A stretch of 27,246 nucleotides of DNA from a virus. Taxonomy: Duplodnaviria; Caudoviricetes. The stretch lies in IMG/VR virus record IMGVR_UViG_3300037518_000341, positions 1-27,246 of that record; one strand, 5' to 3'. The translations under genes were made by a program, and so were the position numbers. Below are positions 15,300 through 23,205 of the stretch, one piece after another. Numbering within the stretch: position 1 is the first letter of the stretch; each line of letters opens with the position of its first letter. The notes beneath the pieces are model-generated. The model was not told the origin of the DNA, did no database searches, and saw only the letters and a program-made list of their open reading frames with translations.

Positions 15300-17044
15300 T
15301 GGACCAGGACAAAGAGCAGGACGTTTGGGATCGCTTCTGGAACCTCGTGGACAAGCCCGAAAATTGGCAGGATGCTGACACTTGCTGGAACTGGCTCGGC
15401 GCGGTGGACGGCAAGGGCTACGGGCGGTTCAACAGCGGCGACGGCACCGTCATTGCCCATCGGTTCAGCTACCTCAAGGATCATCAACTGGCCGAGGGAA
15501 TGCAACTGGACCACACCTGCCGGAACACCAACTGCGTTCGCCCGGCACATCTGGAGCCGGTGACCCTGGAAGAAAACGTCCGACGGGAGTTTGCTGCGAT
15601 GGCTGATGCCAAGGATGCCACGATGGAGAACATCGACAACAAGGGGTTTGGCTCCCCGATGGACAGCATGGATATTGCGTGGGAACTGGAGTCCCGCAAG
15701 TTCGAGCAGGCCGAGGTGAACTACAATCCTCTCGGTGCCACCGCTGACCAGGGGTGCGCCAACTGCCAGTGGTTCCTCAATCCCGGCTACTGTCTGCTGG
15801 TGCGGGACTGGCCCCAGCCAATTACGCCCAATGGCCTGTCGGATCAGTGGATGGCTCGGGTGCTGCCCGAGGATATGATGAAGGCCAAGGCGGGGTATCA
15901 ACGGCGTCACCGCCAACGTCCGTATGGCGTCAAGCCGAAGATGGAGGGCAAGGGTCTGCTCCACCGGGTGGCGGCGAAGCTCCGGGGCGATGCTGGGCCA
16001 GAGGCTGAGCCAGCCCCCCAGCCATTGGAGAACGACTGGTTTTTCACCAAGACCAAGGACGGCAACCTTTGGTGGATGGCGGTTGCCACCAACAACTTCC
16101 GCGACAACGATTACCCGCCGGAGGTGTTCACGGCCAAGGCTCATCAAAAACTCATGGCCCGGTATGAGAGCGGCGCGACCCCGCTCCCAGAACTGTGGTA
16201 CTGGCACACTCCGGGAACCCGCTGGGGCGAGGCTAAAATGGCGGGCTTCGACGATGGCCTGGTCTGGTACGCTGGCACCGTGGACCCCGGCATGGAGCAT
16301 GTCGCCCAGAAGGTGGCGGCCTTGGCCCCGTTCCTGCGGGTTTCGCACGGCTACCGGAACTTTTCGTATGACGACAAGGCTCGTGGTATAATTGGCGAAT
16401 ATGAGACATTTGAAGTCTCCCCGTTGCCTCTTTCCCGCGAGGCCAACCCATTAACAGCGTTCGCCGTGAGCGATAAGGAGATGGACAGCATGGAGATCAC
16501 CAGGGAGAAGCGAGACCACCTGGTCGGGGTATTCGGCCCCGATTGGGTGAAGAACTTTGAGGCTCGGGGCACCGCCCTGGTGAACCAGGGCAAGGCCGAA
16601 GGGCGGGAACAGAAGGACCAGACCAGCCCACCGGTGCCCGATCCGGCACCGGCACCGGCTGCCACCAATACGCCGGCCCCGGCGCCCACCGCCACGGTGC
16701 CTACCCCGGAACCGGATCAGAAGGCTCAGGCTGATGCCCTGGCCGTGGCGCTGGTGGCGTCGCCGGGCTTCAAGGCCATCAACGATACCCTTGGCATGGT
16801 GGCCACCGAACTGCCCGCGCTCAAGGAGCGGCTGACCAGGGTGGAGACGCAGTTGAAGCAGGGCGATGAGGCCCGGCTGGACGCGCTGGTGGCGGCCCGC
16901 ATCGCGGTGCCCCAGCCCGGCACGGCACCCTCGGAGAAGGCCAGCAATGTGGTCACCGGCGACCAGGCCACCAAGGACTACGGAGCGCCTAACCTGGGCT
17001 TTGACCCGCAGTTCCTCTCCTCGGTGGGCACGTCCACCCGTTAA
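15296..17044 (+). CDS. Putative prohead protease/scaffold with N-terminal HNH and HiPIP-like Cys domains
   Basis: Lies directly before the capsid gene; HNH (LDHTCRNTNCVRPAHLEPVT.EEN); CANCQWF..C..V...I.PNG; protease-like NNFRD...LWYWH...SHG...E.S.LP...ANP.T; Pro-rich and coiled-coil tail. Confidence 0.7.
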   Translation: MMDQDKEQDVWDRFWNLVDKPENWQDADTCWNWLGAVDGKGYGRFNSGDGTVIAHRFSYLKDHQLAEGMQLDHTCRNTNCVRPAHLEPVTLEENVRREFAAMADAKDATMENIDNKGFGSPMDSMDIAWELESRKFEQAEVNYNPLGATADQGCANCQWFLNPGYCLLVRDWPQPITPNGLSDQWMARVLPEDMMKAKAGYQRRHRQRPYGVKPKMEGKGLLHRVAAKLRGDAGPEAEPAPQPLENDWFFTKTKDGNLWWMAVATNNFRDNDYPPEVFTAKAHQKLMARYESGATPLPELWYWHTPGTRWGEAKMAGFDDGLVWYAGTVDPGMEHVAQKVAALAPFLRVSHGYRNFSYDDKARGIIGEYETFEVSPLPLSREANPLTAFAVSDKEMDSMEITREKRDHLVGVFGPDWVKNFEARGTALVNQGKAEGREQKDQTSPPVPDPAPAPAATNTPAPAPTATVPTPEPDQKAQADALAVALVASPGFKAINDTLGMVATELPALKERLTRVETQLKQGDEARLDALVAARIAVPQPGTAPSEKASNVVTGDQATKDYGAPNLGFDPQFLSSVGTSTR

Positions 17045-17046
17045 CA

Positions 17047-17072
17047 AGCCCCTGGCCGGGTCTTCCGGCCAG
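17047..17072. repeat. Late-region motif, copy 4 (perfect 8-bp inverted repeat)
   Basis: AGCCCCTGGCCGGGTCTTCCGGCCAG upstream of the capsid gene. Confidence 0.65.
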
Positions 17073-17126
17073 TTAATCGGGAACCAGGTTTGCTCAGCGA
17101 CGCATTTGGATTGAGAGGTTAAGACC

Positions 17127-18626
17127 ATGTTGATGGACCGCATCAAGCAAGCCGAGTTCCGGGATATGCTGCTGGAGACCCTGGGACTCAAGGCCGCCGG
17201 GAATACCGGCTACAAGCACGACGCCTCCGGCACCCCCACCGCGATCTATGCCCACGGCCCGGAGGGTGTCTTCACCTTCCCCGGCGTGGACGCCAAAGTA
17301 TTCTCCGCCTACGTGGGCGTGGAGTCCGGGGTGATTGGGGTGCTCCCCAAGTTCCCCAGTGTCTTCACCCACCCCGTCTATACCAGCATCACCGGGGTCC
17401 AGGACGACACCGGCAGCGAGGCCGTCCAGGCCTGCGATAATGCCCCGGTCGCGGGGCTGCTCAAGACCTGCAAGCTATCCAGCGTCTTCGGGCGCTACCA
17501 GCGGTCCACCAGGGAGATATACCTGGACCGGCTGGGCATGTACGTCAATCCCGGTGACCCCAACTATTTGCAGATGCAGAACTGGGGTGGCGAGGCGGTT
17601 CCCGGGATCCCCCAGGATATGCTCCACCCGGCGCTGGCTCCCAATGGCAGGATTAACCTCAACAGCGAGATGCAGAAGGTCCTGCTCGAATTCGGGGTCT
17701 CCTTCACCCGGCAACTGGCCCGGCAAATGTACGTTGGCAGCCCCGCCAACAACAGCGTGGTCGGTGAGAACGCCGGGTACAAGGAACTGACCGGGTTCGA
17801 CATTTTGATCAACACCGGGTTCGCCGATATCGAGACCAACACCGCTTGCCCCGCGCTGGACTCGGATATCAAGGACTTCAACTTCGACAACGTTGACGGA
17901 TCCGACACCCAGGATATCGTCAACGTGATGACCTACATGTGGAGGTTCCTCAACAAGAACGCCCGCACGATGGGCTTCACCCCGGTCAATTGGGTCCTCG
18001 CCATGCGCGAGGAACTATTCTACGAAATGACCGCCGTCTGGCCCTGTAGGTACGACACCTACCGCTGCACGACCCAGAACTCGACCACCCAGACGGTGTT
18101 CATCAACGGTCGCGACGAGGTGACCCGGCGCGACGAGCTGCGCAACGGGCGGTTCCTCCTGATCGATGGCATGAGGGTGCCGGTGGTGTTCGACGATGGC
18201 ATCGCCGAGCTTAATGACACCACCTCGGCCAGCCTGAACGCCGGGGAGTTTGCCTCCGATATCTACTTCATCCCGCTGACCGTGATGGGCGGCACCCCGG
18301 TCACTTTCATGGAGTACTTCCAGCACGACAACCCGTCGCTTCAGGAGGCGCTGAACATGGCGCGGGGTGAGGGCCTCTTCACCACCAACGGCGGCTCGTG
18401 GATGTGGAACACCCGGCGGACCAACCTGTGTCTGGCCTGGCAGGGGAAGGTGGAGCCGAGGCTGGTCCTGCGCACGCCGCAATTGGCCGGGCGCGTGCAG
18501 AACGTGAAATATGTGCCTTTGCAACACACTCGGACCGCCTTTCCGGACGATCCATATTTTGCTGACGGCGGAGTCACCAGCAGAATTGGTAACGGCCCTT
18601 CGTTTTACCAGCCCTGGCAGTCGTAG
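17127..18626 (+). CDS. Major capsid protein (probable)
   Basis: 499 aa, GAGAGG SD, strongly biased codons, located after the protease/scaffold. Call rests mainly on synteny. Confidence 0.75.
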   Translation: MLMDRIKQAEFRDMLLETLGLKAAGNTGYKHDASGTPTAIYAHGPEGVFTFPGVDAKVFSAYVGVESGVIGVLPKFPSVFTHPVYTSITGVQDDTGSEAVQACDNAPVAGLLKTCKLSSVFGRYQRSTREIYLDRLGMYVNPGDPNYLQMQNWGGEAVPGIPQDMLHPALAPNGRINLNSEMQKVLLEFGVSFTRQLARQMYVGSPANNSVVGENAGYKELTGFDILINTGFADIETNTACPALDSDIKDFNFDNVDGSDTQDIVNVMTYMWRFLNKNARTMGFTPVNWVLAMREELFYEMTAVWPCRYDTYRCTTQNSTTQTVFINGRDEVTRRDELRNGRFLLIDGMRVPVVFDDGIAELNDTTSASLNAGEFASDIYFIPLTVMGGTPVTFMEYFQHDNPSLQEALNMARGEGLFTTNGGSWMWNTRRTNLCLAWQGKVEPRLVLRTPQLAGRVQNVKYVPLQHTRTAFPDDPYFADGGVTSRIGNGPSFYQPWQS

Positions 18627-18643
18627 ATACTGCTACATATCTG

Positions 18644-18672
18644 TTGCTAACGCTGCCATTCCCGTATATAAT
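18644..18672 (+). promoter_or_regulatory. Sigma70 promoter for a probably leaderless HNH mRNA
   Basis: TTGCTA-N17-TATAAT, then 7 nt, then ATG 18680. Confidence 0.7.
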
Positions 18673-18679
18673 TACAGGA

Positions 18680-19198
18680 ATGGCAGCTTCTTTTTGTTCA
18701 GTAAATGGATGTGACAAACCGGCTAATGCTCGGACGCTTTGTAGTTCCCATTATCATCGGTTCATGCGACATGGAGATCCGGAAGGAGGGCCGCACTATT
18801 ACCGAAAACGCCCGGCATCAGAACGCTTCTGGGCATATGTCAAAAAAGAGGTTGACGGATGTTGGCTATTTAGGAAAGGGAGAAATCAGGACGGTTACTG
18901 CACATTTGAAACTGAGTCTTGGCCAAAGCGTAAGTCTATGTTGGCCCATCGTTATTCATTTCAATTAGCCTATGGCCGGCCACCGGAAGGCGAATTAAAT
19001 CATCTATGCTATGTACGTAATTGTGTTAATCCTGCTCATCTCACAGAAGTGACAAAGATGGAACATATCTTAGAAGGCAACGAACGGCGAAGAGTGGAAC
19101 GGCTGACGTATCGATTGATAGAACGATTAGCGGAAGACTACGGCTGCGCCCTTGACGATATCTTGGCTGGCAGAGTAAGGTTGCAAATACAATCCTAA
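18680..19198 (+). CDS. HNH endonuclease with N-terminal Zn motif, AT-rich
   Basis: CSVNGC..LCSSHYHR; RFWAYV..GCWL..AHRYSF..LNHLCYVRNCVNPAHL. Confidence 0.88.
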   Translation: MAASFCSVNGCDKPANARTLCSSHYHRFMRHGDPEGGPHYYRKRPASERFWAYVKKEVDGCWLFRKGRNQDGYCTFETESWPKRKSMLAHRYSFQLAYGRPPEGELNHLCYVRNCVNPAHLTEVTKMEHILEGNERRRVERLTYRLIERLAEDYGCALDDILAGRVRLQIQS

Positions 19199-19245
19199 CC
19201 ACCAGGCGGGGGGTGATGGCCTCGCCTGGTATTCCTCCTCGGCGC

Positions 19246-19284
19246 GAGGGGCGGGGACTTGGGTCTCCCCGCCCCTCTTCTTTT
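19246..19284 (+). terminator. Rho-independent terminator after the capsid/HNH genes
   Basis: GAGGGGCGGGGA/TCCCCGCCCCTC 12-bp stem plus TTCTTTT; a second hairpin at 19201-19230. Confidence 0.8.
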
Positions 19285-19288
19285 CGTG

Positions 19289-19384
19289 TATAATGTGAGC
19301 AAGAAAAAGTCCCGGCGGTGAGTTGAAGCACCCCGGGACGCGGCACGATAGTTTGGAGGTCTACCATGCAACTACAGTTTAGCA
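19289..19384. promoter_or_regulatory. HNH cassette control element, copy 4
   Basis: TATAAT 19289-19294; A-tract; hairpin GTCCCGG-C-GGTG/AGTTGAAG/CACC-CCGGGAC 19309-19339; GGAGG; minus-strand TGCTAAACT at 19376-19384. Confidence 0.8.
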
Positions 19385-19875
19385 CAAGGGCCCCCCTCGA
19401 CAATCTCCTCTTTGGCAGTCCGCTACTCCCGGCCCGGTTCTGGGCCAAAGTCAATCCCTTCGGCCAACTGCCCACGCATTGCCCGGAACTTAGCCAGTGC
19501 TGGGTCTGGACGGCGTACTGCCGGCCGGATGGCTACGGCCAATTCAGGTCTTACGGCAGGCTGGTCTACACGCACCGGCTCAGTTACGCCGCCCTGGTCT
19601 CCCCCATCCCCGAGGGGCTGCACGTCCTCCACCACTGTGACAATCCCCCCTGTGTGCGGCCTGGACACCTGTTTGCTGGTACGCAGGTAGACAACGTGGC
19701 CGACATGATCAGGAAGGGGCGGCATTGGAACTCGAAACTGAACGATGCCAAGGTACTCGAAATCATCAGGCGGGCCAGCCAGGGCCTCACCCAGCCCGAG
19801 ATTGCCCGCCAATTTGGTGTGAGCCGTAGCATAGTCGGGCAAATCGTCCGGCGGGAAGTATGGAAGCATCTGTAA
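19366..19875 (+). CDS. HNH endonuclease with HTH (MQLQF family, copy 4)
   Basis: VLHHCDNPPCVRPGHL..GTQ.DN and an HTH. Confidence 0.92.
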   Translation: MQLQFSTRAPLDNLLFGSPLLPARFWAKVNPFGQLPTHCPELSQCWVWTAYCRPDGYGQFRSYGRLVYTHRLSYAALVSPIPEGLHVLHHCDNPPCVRPGHLFAGTQVDNVADMIRKGRHWNSKLNDAKVLEIIRRASQGLTQPEIARQFGVSRSIVGQIVRREVWKHL

Positions 19876-20068
19876 TTAATTCGTCGCCTCAATGCGCCGT
19901 TATTGCGGATTTCCCGCACTAGGAGATAGCCAGAATTCGTCATCTTCATTTTAGGTGTATACTTCCGATTGGCCGGGGACTGTCGCTGGTTTCCCGGCCA
20001 TCCCGGGGGTCGCGGGCGAGGGGGAACCCCCGTCCGCGACGTTAAAATCTCTGAGCGACCAGGAGATT

Positions 20069-21061
20069 ATGGACCGTGTCTTTATAACCGGCGGCGCTGG
20101 CTACCTCGGACGAGCGCTAGTGGCCCACCTGCTGACCCAGCACCCCGAGCATCCTCAGGTCACCGTCTACTCCCGAGATGAGGAAAAGCTGGCCCGGCTG
20201 CGGGCGCGATACCCTCACCCTCTCCTACTCACCACCATCGTTGGCGACGTGACCGACGCCCATCACCTCACCATGCAGATGCAGGATCACGACACCGTGA
20301 TCCACTGCGCCGCCATGAAATTCGTCCCGGAATGCGAACTCCAGCCCAGCGAGGCCATCCGCGTTAACCTGCTGGGCAGCCAGATGGTGGCCGCCAGCGC
20401 CGCCAACGTGCCGAGCGTGAAGGACGTGGTGGCAATCAGCACCGACAAGGCGTGCCAGCCCATCAACACCTACGGGGCCACGAAGATGCTCATGGAGCGT
20501 CTCTGGGTGGAGTACAACAAGTGGTGCCCGGCGAACTACCACCTGGTGCGATACGGCAATGTGATCGCCAGCACGGGTAGCGTGGTGGGAATCTGGCGTG
20601 CCCAGATGGAGGCCCAGCAGCAGTTGACCCTCACCGACCCCCTGATGACGCGCTTCTGGTGTGGCGTGGGTGACGCGGTGCAACTGATTCTGCGCAGCCT
20701 GGAGGAGCCGGGGGGAACCATCCTGGTGCCGGAGTTGCCGAGTTCCACGATGGACGAATTGGCCGAAGCGTGTTGGGGCCTGTTCGCTGGACCTACGGCC
20801 CGGGTTTGGGACCTGAACCATTGCACCAGGATCATTGGCAACCGTGGGGGCGAAAAGAGTACCGAGACCCTCATTACGGCGCACGAACGATGGGAGAGTG
20901 AGTCCGCCGGGTGCCTGGGCACCATGCCGCTCCAACGGTTGATTCCGGGCCAACCTATATCACCCACCGGATGCGAAGCCTACACCAGCGAGCACCCCGA
21001 GCACTGGCTGACACAGAGTGAGTTGATCAACCTGCTGATTGAGGCCGTCCGGTGGGAGTGA
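20069..21061 (+). CDS. UDP-GlcNAc 4,6-dehydratase-like (PseB/FlaA1/CapD family)
   Basis: TGGAGYLG, SRDEEK, AAMKFVP..E, STDKA..P.N.YGATK, VRYGNV..S.GSV, TDP.MTRF, GEK..E.L; AGGAG SD before ATG 20069. Confidence 0.92.
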   Translation: MDRVFITGGAGYLGRALVAHLLTQHPEHPQVTVYSRDEEKLARLRARYPHPLLLTTIVGDVTDAHHLTMQMQDHDTVIHCAAMKFVPECELQPSEAIRVNLLGSQMVAASAANVPSVKDVVAISTDKACQPINTYGATKMLMERLWVEYNKWCPANYHLVRYGNVIASTGSVVGIWRAQMEAQQQLTLTDPLMTRFWCGVGDAVQLILRSLEEPGGTILVPELPSSTMDELAEACWGLFAGPTARVWDLNHCTRIIGNRGGEKSTETLITAHERWESESAGCLGTMPLQRLIPGQPISPTGCEAYTSEHPEHWLTQSELINLLIEAVRWE

Positions 21062-21855
21062 TCACGGTCACCGGCGCGGAGGGGATGCTGGGCAGGGCGG
21101 TGACCAACGAGCTTGGGCGGCGGAAACTGCCCCACCTGGCGTCGTCCCGGCATTGGGTGGACATTGGCGACATGAACCGGCACGACTGGCACTGGCTCGG
21201 CTTTGACCGCAACCGTGAGCCAGGGCTGGTGATTAACTGCGCTGGCATTGTGCGCCCCCGGCAGTTGCCAGCGAGTGAGTATATCCGGGTCAACTCCTTC
21301 GGCTCCCACAACCTGGCCGAGCATTGCGGGCGGCTGGTGCAGGTGTCCACCGATTGCGTCTTCGATGGCCTGACCAGACACACTTACGGCGAGTCCTCGC
21401 CGCCCAGCCCGGGCGACCTGTACGGCCTGAGCAAGCTGGCCGGGGAGGTCACCTATGGACCACACCTCACCGTGCGCTGTTCGTTCCTGGGGTTCAGCCC
21501 GAAGAAATTAGGGTTGCTGGACTGGTTCCTGGGCCAGCCCTCGGGCGCGACGGTGGAGGGCTGGACCTCCCGCTGGAGCGGCTGGTTCGTCGATGACCTG
21601 GCGGGGCGGTTAATCGATCTGGCGCTGGACTCGTCCATCACGGGGCTGGCGCATCTGCCGGGCGCATACGCAATGAAGGTCCATATCCTGGAGGCCGTCG
21701 GCAGCCGGTTACGCCCGGATATCCGGGTCGTGCCCACTGACCGGGGAGGCAACCTGAGGCTATGCACCGAGCGCCAGGACACCCTGGAAATCCTGGGGGA
21801 GTATTCGTTCGAGGAGATGATCGAGAATATCTGCGCAGCGCGTAAAGTAGTATAA
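21052..21855 (+). CDS. NDP-4-keto-6-deoxysugar reductase (RmlD-like)
   Basis: VTGAEGMLG, VINCAG, VSTDCVFDG, Y.E...P.P.D.YGLSKLAGE. Confidence 0.9.
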   Translation: MGVITVTGAEGMLGRAVTNELGRRKLPHLASSRHWVDIGDMNRHDWHWLGFDRNREPGLVINCAGIVRPRQLPASEYIRVNSFGSHNLAEHCGRLVQVSTDCVFDGLTRHTYGESSPPSPGDLYGLSKLAGEVTYGPHLTVRCSFLGFSPKKLGLLDWFLGQPSGATVEGWTSRWSGWFVDDLAGRLIDLALDSSITGLAHLPGAYAMKVHILEAVGSRLRPDIRVVPTDRGGNLRLCTERQDTLEILGEYSFEEMIENICAARKVV

Positions 21856-21951
21856 TGGCGGTGAGCCAAAAAGAGTCCCGGCGATGGTATCACATCCCGG
21901 GACCGTGGCATCGAAGGAGGCCAATCCAAACGATGCAGTTACAGTTTACCA
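21851..21951. promoter_or_regulatory. HNH cassette control element, copy 5
   Basis: TATAAT 21851-21856; A-tract; hairpin GTCCCGG-C-GATG/GTATCA/CATC-CCGGGAC 21875-21903; AAGGAGG; minus-strand TGGTAAACT at 21943-21951. Confidence 0.8.
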
Positions 21952-22511
21952 CGCTTCTATCCCCCGACGCTCCCCTCTGGGGCAGTCCGCTTCTCCCACC
22001 ACGCTTCTGGAGCAAGGTTAACCCCGCTGGCCCCCTACCTGACCATTGCCCTGAACTGGGGCAGTGCTGGGTATGGATGGCAGGCACCGCCGGTAGTGGC
22101 TATGGCGAATTCAGTGTCGGCAGCCGTTCCGATGGGACACGAAGACTGGTCTACACGCACCGGCACATCTATGCCACTCTCATTGGCCCAATCCCGGATG
22201 GTCTGTACGTCCTCCACCGCTGTGACAACCCTCCCTGTGTTCGGCCTGGGCATCTGTTTGATGGGACTGCGGCAGATAACCAATCGGACATGAGCCGGAA
22301 GGGGCGGCACGGGAGCGTTCGCCACCCCGAACGAATGGCACGTGGTGAGCGCAACGGGAATTCCAAGTTGAACGATGCCAAGGTATTCGAAATTCACAGG
22401 CTGACCAGGGCTGGCATGACTCAGACCGCCATCGCCCGCCGATTCTTGGTGAGCCGTATGACTGTTAGGCGCATCATCCGGCGCGAAAACTGGAGGCAAG
22501 TTGAGGACTAA
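21933..22511 (+). CDS. HNH endonuclease with HTH (MQLQF family, copy 5)
   Basis: VLHRCDNPPCVRPGHL; start reassigned to ATG 21933 by homology. Confidence 0.92.
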   Translation: MQLQFTTLLSPDAPLWGSPLLPPRFWSKVNPAGPLPDHCPELGQCWVWMAGTAGSGYGEFSVGSRSDGTRRLVYTHRHIYATLIGPIPDGLYVLHRCDNPPCVRPGHLFDGTAADNQSDMSRKGRHGSVRHPERMARGERNGNSKLNDAKVFEIHRLTRAGMTQTAIARRFLVSRMTVRRIIRRENWRQVED

Positions 22512-23187
22512 GTCCGCTCCGATTACCATCACCATGCCTGTGGGACCGCACCCGGCGAACAGCCGGTGGCTGAGGGAGGCTCTTGACTCCATCGCCACCC
22601 AGACCCTTCTGCCCGACCAGGTGGTGGTCATCGCCGACGGCGCTCACCTGGACCTCCCCCTCTGGACTGACCCCCCCTGCAACCTGGTGATCTGGGAAAC
22701 TCCCTGGGTCTCCGGCGTCGCGCACGCATTCAACTTCGGTGTGGCCCTGGCTCGGAATAATCTCGTTCTGATGCTGGGCAGTGATGACCGCTTGGAAGTT
22801 GATGCGGTGGCCGACTGCTGGGCGGCCTGGCAGAAATTCCAGAATCGCCACGGTTACTATTACCTGGACATCCTGTATTCCGATGGGCGCACCCAATCGC
22901 TGGCCTCCAACGCGGCGATGGTGCACAAGGATCTGTGGCACTTAACAGGGGGCTTCCCGCCGGAGTCGGCGGCGGGCCAATGTGACACGGTGCTAATATC
23001 CTCCATCCTGGCGGCCAAGGGCCGGCTGGGGAACCTGCACCGGGTGGCGAGTAAGCGGCCCCCGTACTGGTATCGAGTACATGATGAGACGGACACCGCC
23101 ACCAGGCCCGCGAAGCTGCGGGCGGCGGCGGCGCTGGTCCGGGAGCACTATACTGATTTGGCCGCGGCAGAACCAGGCTCGAATTAA
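22501..23187 (+). CDS. Glycosyltransferase family 2
   Basis: ITITMP...L.EALDSI..QT..P..VVVIADG...A.N.G...A....LGSDD; GGAGG before TTG. Confidence 0.85.
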   Translation: MRTKSAPITITMPVGPHPANSRWLREALDSIATQTLLPDQVVVIADGAHLDLPLWTDPPCNLVIWETPWVSGVAHAFNFGVALARNNLVLMLGSDDRLEVDAVADCWAAWQKFQNRHGYYYLDILYSDGRTQSLASNAAMVHKDLWHLTGGFPPESAAGQCDTVLISSILAAKGRLGNLHRVASKRPPYWYRVHDETDTATRPAKLRAAAALVREHYTDLAAAEPGSN

Positions 23188-23205
23188 ACAGGAGGTAACC
23201 CGGGA

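Noticed and set aside
15029-16348. 439-aa minus-strand ORF (likewise 5620-6558, 20225-20953, 26193-27038)
   Set aside because: Shadow ORFs of high-GC genes with no recognisable domain, unlike 13956-14777, which has an SD and coherent domains.
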